64,000 bases of DNA from a virus, in IMG/VR virus record IMGVR_UViG_3300005533_000002, positions 1 through 64,000 of that record. One strand, given 5' to 3'. The notes under the pieces are model-generated. The model was not told the DNA's origin. It saw nothing but the letters and a program-made list of their open reading frames with translations, and ran no database searches. Every line of letters starts with the position of its first letter. The first letter of the stretch is position 1. This document shows positions 18,185-28,589 of this stretch, piece by piece. The position numbers and the translations under genes were made by a program.

Positions 18185-18634
18185 ATGCGAATCAACCGAA
18201 GAAGGGCTTTGGGTATCCTGGCCGCAGCGCTGGCCGTCCCCAGTGCAGCCCTCACGTATTTCTTCAGACAGCGTCCAAAGCGGAAACTGGACTGCCACGA
18301 TGTCGCCATCGAGTATGCCCGCGCCCTCCTTGGATTCGAAAACGGCAGGCCGACTACTCCGCAAGATTGCTGTTCTCCAGCGCCTCCAGCCGGACTATCT
18401 GAAGAGCAGGCTATCACGATTGGTTGCGTGATAGGTGCTACAAACCGAATATGCGATTCTTCCAATCCATCCGAAGCAGAAATTACAAAACGATTTTTCC
18501 GCGAATACGTTGTGCCACGGGCACGCAAGGCGAAACTTGAAAAATTCATATACGAGATTAAGGATCTTGCCACCAATGCGTACGCTGACAAAATCAAGAA
18601 ATACGGTTTCACTCTCGAACCGTGGCATTACTGA
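18185..18634 (+). CDS. Hypothetical protein with twin-arginine-like leader
   Basis: MRINRRRALGILAAALA; AAGGAG RBS; opposite strand to neighbours. Confidence 0.6.
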   Translation: MRINRRRALGILAAALAVPSAALTYFFRQRPKRKLDCHDVAIEYARALLGFENGRPTTPQDCCSPAPPAGLSEEQAITIGCVIGATNRICDSSNPSEAEITKRFFREYVVPRARKAKLEKFIYEIKDLATNAYADKIKKYGFTLEPWHY

Positions 18635-21600
18635 ACTTTGATCATCGCCGTTGCGGTTGCGCGGCCCCAAGAACCCTGAGCCTCGAATTCTGCCATGCAG
18701 AGGTACGTTCCGGGCGGAAGACTCCACAAAGTGAATTTGGTCGTTCCGTCTGAATTCAGAACGTGGGGGAATGCTTGGTTGTTCTGGAATCCGCTGTAAG
18801 ACATCGTCAGCGTTCCCCGTGGGATTGTACCATCCGAAGACGACACACTCACGTTTAGCGTCGGATCTTTTTGGTTGCCCGAATAGATCGGCGAAAGAGG
18901 AGCAGAGATGGTAATGGTAGTTACCTGGCTCCCCCCCCCTCCAGAAGGCTCCACAATTAAATCGCCCCGACCTTTGCTAGTCTGGAAGTTTCCAGTCGGA
19001 ACAAAAGTAGCGTCTAGAGTGTAATCACCAGGTCCGCCCGTAGGATGCAAGTTGTAGCTGGCGATTCCGCGCGAATCAAGACTGGCGACAATAGGGATTC
19101 CACCACTCACGGATAACTTGACGCTACCAGTGGGAGTGCCGCTGTTCGAAGTCACGCTGACGTTGACAATCGCATTCGAACCGTCCGTCACCGACGGCGC
19201 ACTGATTGACAGCGTTGTGGCGATCGGCCCGCTCCCGCCCCCGCCGTTGCCAAACGGATTGACAGTTAGGTCAGCATGGGCGGTGCAGCCTTGGAAGTTT
19301 CCAGTCGGTACGTAGGTAGCGTCCAGCGTGTAATCACCTGGGCCGCCAGTCGGGAGCAAGTTGATGCTGGCCGTGCCGCTTCCACCCAGCGTAAGCGGGA
19401 ATGGCTTTCCGCCGCTGACAGACATCTGCACAGTTCCGATCGGTGTGCCGCCAGCCGATTGCACCGTTACCGTAACCGTAGCAATCGAGCCGTCCGTGAT
19501 CGGCGGAGCCGAAATAGACATTGTCGTTGCTGCCGGGCTTCCGCCGCCTCCGCCCGTAGTGACGACTTTGATTTGCTGCTTCGTGCTGTCGATCTCGCCG
19601 ATTGAGTTCTGTGCTGGATACTCAGCCCAGACCCTATAGGTGATGCCGGGAGGCTGCATGACGAGACTGGCGAAGTGATAGACCGTCTGGCCGTTGCCAT
19701 CCAGCGTGTGCTGGAAAGGCGAGCCGGGGAAGCCGTCGATATGGAGCCAGACGTTTCCCGACAGTGGGTTGCCCCTGCCGTCCGTCACAGTCACGGTGGC
19801 TGTGGGGTCCTGTCCCGCTATCATCGTGGCCGGGATAGGAGAGACGGATACAGAAGGCACAGCGGGTGCCGGCGGGGGCGGCGAATCGACCAGAATAGAG
19901 CTTATTGGACCATCGTTGGAGCCGGCGTACTTGGTGTCATCGTCGGGCGAGAAGTTAGCGTCGAAACCCACAGCTACGCCCCCGGTTCCCCACGTGTCGA
20001 GCCAATTGTCTGCTGCATTGCCAAATTGTGATGGAAAGAAGGCGAATTGAGATTGGTCCGGATAGTGAAACGAAGCCACCGATAACGCGGCAACGTTCCC
20101 AAAGAGAACCACATCCGTTACTGTCACGGTTCCCGGCGGCGTTGAGCCATCGTCCGCCGTTACCTGAACGGACCCAGTCCGCTGTGTATCGTCTCGGTAA
20201 ATCGGATTCGGCACAGTCAGCTTTATGTGCGTAGGTACCACGCTGGAAACCACGCCCGGATAGACCACCAATGTCTGCGGGCCGCTGTCGCTTTCCTGGT
20301 AGTCGCCTTGAGCGGGAAAGTTGGCGTCTAACTGGTAGGTGCCGGGTGCTAGGCCGCTGAGATCAAAGGCTGCTTGGTTTTGGGTGAATTCAACCGTGCC
20401 AAGAACCAATCCGAACGGGCTACCAGTGAGCGGCGAGAAGTTGCCCGTCTTGGGGTCTTGCACCGAAATGCTCAGATTCACCTTGAAGCCAGCCAGGTTG
20501 GCGCCGTCGTTGGCGTTGGTTTGAACATACGCCGACACTGGCACCACAGGGCCGGCGGTAAAGCTTGACGGAAGCTGCAAGGTTGTCTGAGTCGGAACTG
20601 TTTTGCCAATCACTTCTGTATCGCGCCATCCGGTGCAGCGGCTACTATATCCGTTCTGTCGATCGTAATATGCCATAAGTATCCAGTGCTGCCTTCCAAG
20701 CGACGAGAGATCAAAGTTGGCGTCTCCATTGCTGTCAAGATCCTGGTAAAGAGATAGGCTTTGCCCGTCATCTCCAGTACATACCAATTCCACTGTTCCC
20801 GCCGGACTAGACCAATCAATCGCGTCAACATGCGCCGTTATCGTGGAGCCGCTGTCAGCATAGTATATGTCAGGCGGCTCCAAGGTGATTTCTGTTGCGA
20901 CCTCCTCCTGAACTGTCAGTTCGTATACGTCACTCTGCGCGTCGGCAAAGCCGTTGTCACTGTGGTATCGGAGCTGAATCTGATACACTCCAGGATCGAA
21001 ATCTTGTGAAAACGAGGCGGCCGCCGATTCGTTCAAATTGCAGGTTGTATAAAGTTTTCCATTAACTATAACGTCCACCTTACCCTGTGGCACCGGGTCG
21101 CCATCGTCGTCAGATTTCAAATACATGTAAGCAGTTGGAACCGGTACAGGAATGCTACGAAATTTAGGAATTATCGGAGGAGCTTTCAGCCTTAATTTGA
21201 GTCCTTTCTGCAAAGCTCCGGGAAGTCCGTGCTCAAGCGGAATGCTTATGTCCAATTCCAATTCAAAATTGAGATGTCCAAGGGGGAACGGGTTTGGTAT
21301 TCTTATCTTCTCCTTCTTGTTCTTAAGGTTATTGACGGTGTACCCCCAACGTTCCCCGTTTCCAAAAATCCATGCAGCAACAGCCTTGTCTTTGTCGCAC
21401 GGCCGGTATTTGCTCCACTTAGGAAAGCTGGTTCCTATTTCCAGTTTCGGGTTCGGGTCAAGCTCTGCCCAGCAGCCACCAAAGGTGTTGAGTATCTTTG
21501 CCCCCACGGGGGCTAGAACAAATGGCGGTCCTTTTGCCGACCCAAAAGTAGCGGGCTGATCTATCATGCTGCTGCCGTTGGCATACCAGAACCATTTCTG

Positions 21601-22287
21601 TCGAGTTGTAAAAAGCGGCTGCTCTCTTAGGTGATGATCTGTGCCAATCCAAGGCTCGCCTTCTCTCGCTTTGTCGAAATACATCCATTCTCCCTGTGCA
21701 TACTGAATGGAATACTGTTTCAGCGTGAGCTTTGGCGCGTAGGTGGTTTGGATAATTTGACACCACTGATACAGAGAGCGAGGAATCGTCGTTCCGACCG
21801 AACCAATGGACAGCCTAGCTCCAGAGATTCCGTAATCGTCCTCGTACGGATCTAGGATCGGAATTGGTCGCCAGTCACGCTGGTTCAGGCCTAGGGAAAC
21901 GCCGTTAACGTCTGGGATTCCTGTCTCGGCATACACGCCGTAGCGTACAGGCATAAGGAAGGAACCGATGGCTCCTTGAGCGTTGCGTGGCTCCGGATCT
22001 ATCAGTAAATATGGCACCGGTTTGTCAAGAGGCCCCCGTGGCATATAGAAAAGCTTTTGATACGTCAAGAAAGTGAATTTTGGAAACAGAATGTCTCCCC
22101 CACCCGGATCAGATAACTGAATCCATTCGCTACGGTACGGGGTTGCGGTAACTACAATTTGGTTTCCGTCTGGACCCGCCGGCCCAATTGCTTGGGCCGG
22201 ACTGGCAACCATCGTGCTGACTCTTTGCGCCTGTGCAATCCCAACAGAGAATAGAAGAATGATGGCTGCGAGGGTAAGGTTTCTCAA
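18628..22287 (-). CDS. Large secreted protein with tandem bacterial Ig-like (Big_3-type) repeats
   Basis: Signal peptide ending AQA; repeated TTxxxxxP...VxV...PxGxV...G.Y.L.A.Y units over the C-terminal two thirds. Confidence 0.8.
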   Translation of the reverse strand: MRNLTLAAIILLFSVGIAQAQRVSTMVASPAQAIGPAGPDGNQIVVTATPYRSEWIQLSDPGGGDILFPKFTFLTYQKLFYMPRGPLDKPVPYLLIDPEPRNAQGAIGSFLMPVRYGVYAETGIPDVNGVSLGLNQRDWRPIPILDPYEDDYGISGARLSIGSVGTTIPRSLYQWCQIIQTTYAPKLTLKQYSIQYAQGEWMYFDKAREGEPWIGTDHHLREQPLFTTRQKWFWYANGSSMIDQPATFGSAKGPPFVLAPVGAKILNTFGGCWAELDPNPKLEIGTSFPKWSKYRPCDKDKAVAAWIFGNGERWGYTVNNLKNKKEKIRIPNPFPLGHLNFELELDISIPLEHGLPGALQKGLKLRLKAPPIIPKFRSIPVPVPTAYMYLKSDDDGDPVPQGKVDVIVNGKLYTTCNLNESAAASFSQDFDPGVYQIQLRYHSDNGFADAQSDVYELTVQEEVATEITLEPPDIYYADSGSTITAHVDAIDWSSPAGTVELVCTGDDGQSLSLYQDLDSNGDANFDLSSLGRQHWILMAYYDRQNGYSSRCTGWRDTEVIGKTVPTQTTLQLPSSFTAGPVVPVSAYVQTNANDGANLAGFKVNLSISVQDPKTGNFSPLTGSPFGLVLGTVEFTQNQAAFDLSGLAPGTYQLDANFPAQGDYQESDSGPQTLVVYPGVVSSVVPTHIKLTVPNPIYRDDTQRTGSVQVTADDGSTPPGTVTVTDVVLFGNVAALSVASFHYPDQSQFAFFPSQFGNAADNWLDTWGTGGVAVGFDANFSPDDDTKYAGSNDGPISSILVDSPPPPAPAVPSVSVSPIPATMIAGQDPTATVTVTDGRGNPLSGNVWLHIDGFPGSPFQHTLDGNGQTVYHFASLVMQPPGITYRVWAEYPAQNSIGEIDSTKQQIKVVTTGGGGGSPAATTMSISAPPITDGSIATVTVTVQSAGGTPIGTVQMSVSGGKPFPLTLGGSGTASINLLPTGGPGDYTLDATYVPTGNFQGCTAHADLTVNPFGNGGGGSGPIATTLSISAPSVTDGSNAIVNVSVTSNSGTPTGSVKLSVSGGIPIVASLDSRGIASYNLHPTGGPGDYTLDATFVPTGNFQTSKGRGDLIVEPSGGGGSQVTTITISAPLSPIYSGNQKDPTLNVSVSSSDGTIPRGTLTMSYSGFQNNQAFPHVLNSDGTTKFTLWSLPPGTYLCMAEFEAQGSWGRATATAMIKVQ

Positions 22288-22310
22288 GAAACTTCTCCCG
22301 TTAAAGCGAT

Positions 22311-22340
22311 ATGGGCTCGGGCCGCAAAGCCCGAGCCCAT
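22311..22340. terminator. Strong intergenic hairpin
   Basis: ATGGGCTCGGGC-CGCAAA-GCCCGAGCCCAT; no canonical U-tract on the coding strand. Confidence 0.4.
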
Positions 22341-22351
22341 AAATAAAATGA

Positions 22352-22909
22352 CTAGTCAGGAATCACGGCGACATGGAAGGTCCACGAACCGGGATGGTTA
22401 TTCCACCCAGTCGCCCACTTGGCACGAATCCGCCGGCCGATGCCCCACTGGTTGATGTTGTTCCCGGCAAGACTGCCGTCCGAATTCGTTTGCGGAATAA
22501 CCGGCCACGTCGCCGAGGATGGGTCGGCAAGGGCCAGCGGCACGCAGACCGTCATCGTGTTTGTGAACGAAGCGAACGAAGCCGTGTACGAAGCAAAGTC
22601 GTTCCAGGTTTGCCCATTGTCGGCGCTGCTTTGGAAGTAAACCCACAGCGTTCCGTTTTGTGGCGCCGACGAAATCTGAATCAGCCCCATCAACTTCTTG
22701 TTGAATTTCACGTCTACGCCGTGGGCTCTTGGTGCAACATTTGGCGTAGACCCGAGGCCAATACCAGCATTCCAAATGGACGTTGGCGGAATCAGCTCGA
22801 CCTGACGGCCCATGCCCTGCGTGGAAGAGTACTGGGCATACGACAGGGCAACCAGTGAAGAGGCACCCACCAAAGCGAGAACGGCTAAGATTACTAGCCA
22901 TTTCTTCAT
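22352..22909 (-). CDS. Secreted beta-rich protein, paralogue of 22923..23456
   Basis: Signal peptide; ELIPP...VYFQSSADNGQTWNDF...DGSL...GIGRRIRAK...WTF...PD. Confidence 0.75.
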   Translation of the reverse strand: MKKWLVILAVLALVGASSLVALSYAQYSSTQGMGRQVELIPPTSIWNAGIGLGSTPNVAPRAHGVDVKFNKKLMGLIQISSAPQNGTLWVYFQSSADNGQTWNDFASYTASFASFTNTMTVCVPLALADPSSATWPVIPQTNSDGSLAGNNINQWGIGRRIRAKWATGWNNHPGSWTFHVAVIPD

Positions 22910-22922
22910 GAGGCACCCCCTT

Positions 22923-23456
22923 TCAGTCCGGCGTCACAAATGCCTGGAACGTCCAGTTGCCGGTAGACGTGCCGTAGCTGGTCGAGTATTTGATTCGCAG
23001 CATGTCGCCGATGGGGCCTTGGACAATCGTGTTCGCGCCAAGAGCGCCGTCGCTCGGCGTAGGAACCGAAGTCGAGCCGGCCGTGATGACGCTGACGGGG
23101 ATGTACCAGGTGCCGGTTGCGGATACCTGAAGGTGGGAGAAATCTTGCCACGTCATGCCGCCGTCAACGGAATACTGATAGTACACGTCAAGAAGTTGGC
23201 CGCTGCCGCCGGTGGGGGCCGCCGTTACCTTCACGAAGCCAAGAAGACGCTGGAAAGCCTTGATGGCCTTGCCGAGCGGCACGGGAGCGATTCCGGTCTG
23301 GGCAACGCTCGAAGTGATGGGAGGAACCAGTTCGATGGCACCCGAATTCGGTACGGTGCGAATCTGAGCCTGAGCCCGGTCGTACGAGATTGCTCCGCCA
23401 ATCGCCAACGCCATTACTAACAGCCCGCACAGGGCAACACGCGACTTCTGCATCAT
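22923..23456 (-). CDS. Secreted beta-rich protein, paralogue of 22352..22909
   Basis: Signal peptide; ELVPP...VYYQYSVDGGMTWQDF...DGAL...PIGDMLRIK...WTF...PD. Confidence 0.75.
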   Translation of the reverse strand: MMQKSRVALCGLLVMALAIGGAISYDRAQAQIRTVPNSGAIELVPPITSSVAQTGIAPVPLGKAIKAFQRLLGFVKVTAAPTGGSGQLLDVYYQYSVDGGMTWQDFSHLQVSATGTWYIPVSVITAGSTSVPTPSDGALGANTIVQGPIGDMLRIKYSTSYGTSTGNWTFQAFVTPD

Positions 23457-23527
23457 CAGACCTCCAAAAAGGAAAATGGGAACATCGTGTTCCTTGAAAA
23501 CACAAAACGAGCAATCGCTACGCTGAT

Positions 23528-23776
23528 TCATTTTTTGCCGCCGCGTATGGCCAGCCAGGTGCCAAGGGCGTACCCGGCGGCCGACGGCAGAAGCGTCGAA
23601 TGACTGCTAAGAAACAGCAGGAACGACAGCGATCCAACAATCGGGCACAAGCCAGAGTAAATGCAAGCCGGCAGCACAGCGCGACGAGAAACGCAAATAA
23701 CCCAACGTGCATGGACCACGTCACTCGCGATGGCAAAGGCAAAGGCTGCGGCCCAGAGGGCGATTTGCTGGAGCAT
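23528..23776 (-). CDS. Small membrane protein
   Basis: Hydrophobic 82 aa ending GYALGTWLAI. Confidence 0.55.
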   Translation of the reverse strand: MLQQIALWAAAFAFAIASDVVHARWVICVSRRAVLPACIYSGLCPIVGSLSFLLFLSSHSTLLPSAAGYALGTWLAIRGGKK

Positions 23777-23946
23777 CCTTCAGTCCTCATAAATTCGCCC
23801 TGAGCAACTCAAAACATTGAGCGACTGAAGGAGTCGCGTCCAGTGGTATTATTGTAGAGGCGTCAGTTTTGAGTGTCAAGGGCCAGCGTGTTCGCCGACA
23901 TTCCGTGTGCTATAATTCAAGAGGTCACACACAAAGGAGCACAATC

Positions 23947-24243
23947 ATGGGTCCTGGACCGGGCTTGGCAGTGGCGCTGGCAGCGATGCATCAACCTTCA
24001 TACGCCGAATCCGTCAAAGCGCATCTCGCGACTATTCCGCCTGGAAAATTCGCCTTGGTGGGCTGTCTGACTACTGGATCGCGCATGTCCTACAACCCGG
24101 CCAATCACACGCACGTCTTTGAAACAGAGGCTGCGGCTCATGCCTGGTGGAAAGAGCGGTACGCTCACCCGAAGGGCTATCGCGTCTACCATCGCGACGC
24201 AAACGGCACAATAACTCAAGTGTTCGGCGAGCCACTCGACTAA
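23947..24243 (+). CDS. Hypothetical protein with own putative promoter
   Basis: AAGGAG RBS; TGCTATAAT extended -10-like box ~23908-23916. Confidence 0.6.
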   Translation: MGPGPGLAVALAAMHQPSYAESVKAHLATIPPGKFALVGCLTTGSRMSYNPANHTHVFETEAAAHAWWKERYAHPKGYRVYHRDANGTITQVFGEPLD

Positions 24244-25769
24244 CGCGGTGTCCACACGTCCAGCACAACGGGCACACCAGCTTTTGCAGCAAGTCCGGGA
24301 ACTGCTAGAGCAAGGCGAAGCTGCGGATTGTCTCGAACTGTCTGAAACGTCAGATACTCGTACACGTATCCAAGCTGAGATATCTGGATTGGGGTAATGG
24401 TTTCCGTGCCGTGAAATGGCAGCCACCCTTGCTGTGAAATGTATCCGCTATCCGATGGCGTCGGCTTGAGCGTGGAAGCGTCGGCCGCGATTGCCGCGTT
24501 CAGCAGCGATCCAGTCGAGGCTGAGCCCGGAAGCTGCGGCGGGAAGAGCACGATGAGCGGACGTACAATCCCATCCGTGCAAGTAACCGTCTGGGCCAAT
24601 TGCGACTGCGTTGGCGGTACGGTGGAAACAGAGCAATCATCCGTGCTTCTGGCCCCCAGGCTGAAAATCAGATACCGCAATGGCCCAGTAGGACTATCGA
24701 ACGTCGTCGGAAGGCTCGTCGGCGCAAAGTTTTGATCCAGCCAACATCCGGTGAAAAGTCCGTAAATGTTCAGGGCTGGGGGCAACTCTGAAGAGGCCGT
24801 AGGGGTATCGATAAACCACTGGGGCGTGGCCGTCGCATGCGTCTGGCTCGGCGGAGGAGCGCCAAGAGGGTGAGGCGTATCGTAAAATGGGTCAAGGGGG
24901 TCGCCGGCGTTATCCATCGACCAGTACAGGCCAAGAGAATCGGCCACCGTTGTTACGGCAGCGTCCCCATTCGTCTCAACCAGGTTTTGTCTGCTGGTGC
25001 TGCCAATGACTTGAATCCAATGAGATGTATCGTATCCGGGGTCATTTCCCTTGGGCGTGTAATGCGCCCCAAAGCGCAACCCGCCATAAGACGGCGCGAT
25101 CGGAAAATTCCTGAGTGTATTCCGTGGCATTGCAATTCCGCCGCCATTGGGATCGAGGTAGGGACCGCGCTTGCCAAGTCGTAGAGCATTCGAAATTGCT
25201 GGCAGAGGCGATCCGCCCACCTGAACAGTCGGACTGGCATCCATGCTGCTCAACAGACTTGCCGGCTCAGAAAATGCGTAGTTATTGATTTGGTCAGTGT
25301 ACACCTGGTAGAAGTCAACAATCATGTTGCCGACTATTGGCTTGATGTTTTGGCCGCTGCTTGGCGGTTTGACTCCCGGAACCAGGCCAAGAGCCGCAGC
25401 GAAACCGGCGGCTATAGGGACCGCCGTATTGAATCCAGCCGTCTGGCCAGATGGTGGGCCGAGATTGGCAATCATCGGCGCCAGCAGTCGTTGCACATAG
25501 ATCCCACCGTCATCAAGTTGGAAACTCTTCGAAAATTGATCTGGCTGCTTCGAGAAGAAATTTGACAGGGCATCGGAAATGGGGCCGCTCAGTTTGTACT
25601 GCGAACCCTTTTGTCCACTTCCGCCTGCGTTGATAATGCCGTTGTGCGTGACATCGGTTGTGCATTGCCACTGGATTGTTTGCGTGGCATCGCCAACGAC
25701 TACCGGCGTCAACGTTATCGGCGAGATGCCATCGACGGGACAAATAAGACCGGGCTTAGTGATGGACAT
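24240..25769 (-). CDS. Hypothetical Pro/Thr/Gly-rich protein (509 aa)
   Basis: Likely start MSITKPGLICPVDG at 25769. Confidence 0.7.
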   Translation of the reverse strand: MSITKPGLICPVDGISPITLTPVVVGDATQTIQWQCTTDVTHNGIINAGGSGQKGSQYKLSGPISDALSNFFSKQPDQFSKSFQLDDGGIYVQRLLAPMIANLGPPSGQTAGFNTAVPIAAGFAAALGLVPGVKPPSSGQNIKPIVGNMIVDFYQVYTDQINNYAFSEPASLLSSMDASPTVQVGGSPLPAISNALRLGKRGPYLDPNGGGIAMPRNTLRNFPIAPSYGGLRFGAHYTPKGNDPGYDTSHWIQVIGSTSRQNLVETNGDAAVTTVADSLGLYWSMDNAGDPLDPFYDTPHPLGAPPPSQTHATATPQWFIDTPTASSELPPALNIYGLFTGCWLDQNFAPTSLPTTFDSPTGPLRYLIFSLGARSTDDCSVSTVPPTQSQLAQTVTCTDGIVRPLIVLFPPQLPGSASTGSLLNAAIAADASTLKPTPSDSGYISQQGWLPFHGTETITPIQISQLGYVYEYLTFQTVRDNPQLRLALAVPGLAAKAGVPVVLDVWTPR

Positions 25770-25785
25770 TGGGCGATCTCTTTCA

Positions 25786-26025
25786 TTATCCGAAATGCCG
25801 AGCGGGTGGGGCGGTATTGGGCAACACCGAGGCTGCGTTGCTGGCAACGCCAACCGGTATGGCTGGAGCATCAAGCGGCAGGTTGCCGTTGTGAGTCGGG
25901 TCGTTAACACACTGCCAATCAACCTGTTGCACGTCGATGGCTCCGGGAATCGACGTAACGAACAAGCAGATGGGATACAAACGATCAATCGGACACACAA
26001 GATCAGGAATGGTTGGTGTGATCAT
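25786..26025 (-). CDS. Small protein paralogous to the N-terminus of 24240..25769
   Basis: PDLVCPID...WQCVNDPTHNG vs PGLICPVD...WQCTTDVTHNG; coupled to terL stop. Confidence 0.65.
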   Translation of the reverse strand: MITPTIPDLVCPIDRLYPICLFVTSIPGAIDVQQVDWQCVNDPTHNGNLPLDAPAIPVGVASNAASVLPNTAPPARHFG

Positions 26026-27545
26026 ACCTGAAAATCCCTCATGCGGCCCTTCGGCTCGATGCCGGGCTGCTGAAAATTCGTCACCGCCGGATCGCGTTCG
26101 CCGCTGATGGCAGCCGCGCCAGCCCGCGTCATGGCTAACATATTAAATGCGCCAGATGAAGAGTCTACGATATCATCATGAGTTCCGTTCGGGAACGAAC
26201 ACAACTCATCCAGGAACGCCTTGTTCCAATCGGCCGTCAGAAGCTTAACGTTGCCAGCCTTGGCTTGGCCGCTGAGAGGGTCGGCGCGCTGAATCTTGTT
26301 GTGCCGCCCCAGCGAAGTGGTGCTCATCGTGCCGGCGGGATCGGCGAATACCGGATAGCCGGCCAGAACGTTCACAATGAGGTTGCGAACGGCGATTTTG
26401 GCGCCGGCGCCTGGCTCTTGTTCGATCCAGGTTCGCACTGGCGAGCCCACCACAGATACAGGAAGTCGGGCATCCTCAGCCGCCACACGCTGAATGGTAG
26501 ATTCGACTTGGCCCGGATCGCCCCGGAATCGACAAACATCAAGTACCCAGTACATGCCATTCTTGTCCACTCCCATGAGTACGCCAACCGTGTAATCGGG
26601 GTCGCGTGAAGTCAATGCCGACGTGGCCGCCAGGTCCCAATAACGCACCGCACGAACGCACGGCGGCGCCGTCAGTGAAACGGTGAACCAATTGCGTTGA
26701 AAGATGCCGCCGCCCTCTGGGGCTGGCCGCTGCTGATAGAGGGCGTTCCAGTGGCGCGGCCCCTCGACAATTTCGATTTCGCGAAGCTTGTCGATGGGGT
26801 AACGCTCGGGCCAAAGGGCTTCGCCACGCTGCCGGCCCATGCCGTAGGGAAATGGTGGCTCGTCTTGTTCGGCGATGGCCGGCAGATTGAGAACTGTCCA
26901 CTTCTGGCCACCGCCCTCGGCATCGCGAAGCAACCGGCCCACGAGGTCATCTTCGTGCCAGCGAGTCATGATTATGCAGAACACGCAGCCCGGCTCCTGG
27001 CGTGTGTATACCGTACCGCGAAACCAGTTGTCCGTCTTCTCGCGGTAGACGGGCGAGTCGGCCTCTTCGTCGTTTTTCACGGGGTCGTCGATGACGATTA
27101 TGTGTGCGCCCTTGCCAGTAATCTGGCCCCCAACTCCAGACGTGAACATGTTGCCGCCGCCGGCCAGGGAGAAGTTGTAGCCGCGCCTTGCTTTAAACGT
27201 GAGCTGCGATGCCGGCCCAAAGAGATGGCCATGCTCTTTGAGGACGGCCTTGGCTTGCTCGGCCCAGCTGGCGGCGAAGTCGGCGCCGTAGCTCGTGACA
27301 AGAACGTTGTGCTCTGGAAAGGTGCCGAGATACCAAGCAGCGAAGTATTTCGAGATAATGGTACTCTTTCCGTGACGGGGCGGGACGGTGACCACGAGAT
27401 GCGTTACACTTCGTCCGGCAAGGTCGAGCAGATACCGGTTGAGAAGCATAAGATGCCGGGCCGGTCGCCACGCGCCCCGCGAAGCGAACGCAGCCAGCTT
27501 CGCGGGGCTGGATAGATGCACGAACCAGGGATCAACCTGGCTCAC
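26022..27545 (-). CDS. terL: Terminase large subunit
   Basis: Walker A VPPRHGKST, IVIDDPVKN, MTRWHEDDL, RYWDLA, FPNGTHDDIVDS. Confidence 0.95.
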   Translation of the reverse strand: MSQVDPWFVHLSSPAKLAAFASRGAWRPARHLMLLNRYLLDLAGRSVTHLVVTVPPRHGKSTIISKYFAAWYLGTFPEHNVLVTSYGADFAASWAEQAKAVLKEHGHLFGPASQLTFKARRGYNFSLAGGGNMFTSGVGGQITGKGAHIIVIDDPVKNDEEADSPVYREKTDNWFRGTVYTRQEPGCVFCIIMTRWHEDDLVGRLLRDAEGGGQKWTVLNLPAIAEQDEPPFPYGMGRQRGEALWPERYPIDKLREIEIVEGPRHWNALYQQRPAPEGGGIFQRNWFTVSLTAPPCVRAVRYWDLAATSALTSRDPDYTVGVLMGVDKNGMYWVLDVCRFRGDPGQVESTIQRVAAEDARLPVSVVGSPVRTWIEQEPGAGAKIAVRNLIVNVLAGYPVFADPAGTMSTTSLGRHNKIQRADPLSGQAKAGNVKLLTADWNKAFLDELCSFPNGTHDDIVDSSSGAFNMLAMTRAGAAAISGERDPAVTNFQQPGIEPKGRMRDFQV

Positions 27546-27907
27546 GACAATCCCTCCCCTTCGCTCGCCTCGACGATGACCTTGACGCAGGCGACCCGAA
27601 CTTTTGTGGCCGCTTCTGTGTCGGCATCTTCGCGAGTATCGTGGAAGAATGCTTCCGTCGGGCCGCTATTTGGATAATGGTAAACATTGGCCCACTGCTC
27701 AACTCGAAAACGACGCCGCTCATTGGCGATTGACACTGGCCCGCGCAACGGATTGCCCTCCATATCCCACTGGTCGGAAATCCATTGCTCGTGCATCTTG
27801 CTCCAAAATGCGCCGTGAATCGGATGCGTGCCGCCGCCGCTCAGGTTGTAGACCATGAACTCAGTGGCGATGCTGGCCAGCAACGGCCTCTGAAGATCCA
27901 AAGTCAT
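27542..27907 (-). CDS. Hypothetical protein, W-x-NV(Y/H) family
   Basis: Similar to 40809..41159 and to the C-terminus of 30794..31360. Confidence 0.6.
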   Translation of the reverse strand: MTLDLQRPLLASIATEFMVYNLSGGGTHPIHGAFWSKMHEQWISDQWDMEGNPLRGPVSIANERRRFRVEQWANVYHYPNSGPTEAFFHDTREDADTEAATKVRVACVKVIVEASEGEGLS

Positions 27908-28343
27908 GTCAGTACCCCTCCCGTGTGGCTTCAATGTTCTTGGATTGATACAACTCGTCGCCAGAACTCTTGTGCTTACGAACCGATCGCTTTACTGCTA
28001 CCGACTGCGCTGTTACGTGAAGTTTAATCGCGGTGGGCTTTTCGCGGCCACAAGAGTAGGCGCCGCGTGCCAAGGATGCCGGACGCTCGCCAGGCACCAA
28101 ACAATAGTGCCACCCGCAATAGTGATAGTCATGTCCGTTGACGCATCGGCTTGGCAGATACGGCAATCCAGAAGGTACGTATTCAAGCGAAGGCGCCGCG
28201 CCGCATGTCGGACACTTGGTTGTCATGGAATGGCCAGCAAGAAAGCATGGTAAACAATCCAAGCGAACAACATCGCCGCCAACGCCATGCCAATTCCCTG
28301 GACGAACAATTCTATGAACCGATCGCCGCTGTGCTGCTCTCGT

Positions 28344-28589
28344 TCACGAAGGCTCATTTTCCCAATCCTCTGCAGTGTGGCCGCCGCACTTGGGACAGCG
28401 ATCGGGTTGCATGTTGGCATGGATACTCTCCAGCGCCATGCCAGCATCAGAGAGATCGCCCATGACGCAATTCAAGGCATCGTGCTCAAGATCCTCATTT
28501 ATTCCCTGAAGAATTCTGTGCAGATCGTCCATCCGGATCTGCATGTGATTCAAGTGGTCGAATACCATCGCCAGATTCGGCTTGTTCAT
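28344..28589 (-). CDS. Hypothetical protein with CxxC
   Basis: GAGGGGAG RBS; CPKCGG. Confidence 0.5.
   Translation of the reverse strand: MNKPNLAMVFDHLNHMQIRMDDLHRILQGINEDLEHDALNCVMGDLSDAGMALESIHANMQPDRCPKCGGHTAEDWENEPS

Noticed and set aside
19000-19560. Diversity-generating retroelement TR/VR pair in the duplicated Ig repeats
   Set aside because: In-frame domain duplication with differences not confined to adenines; no reverse transcriptase in the window.
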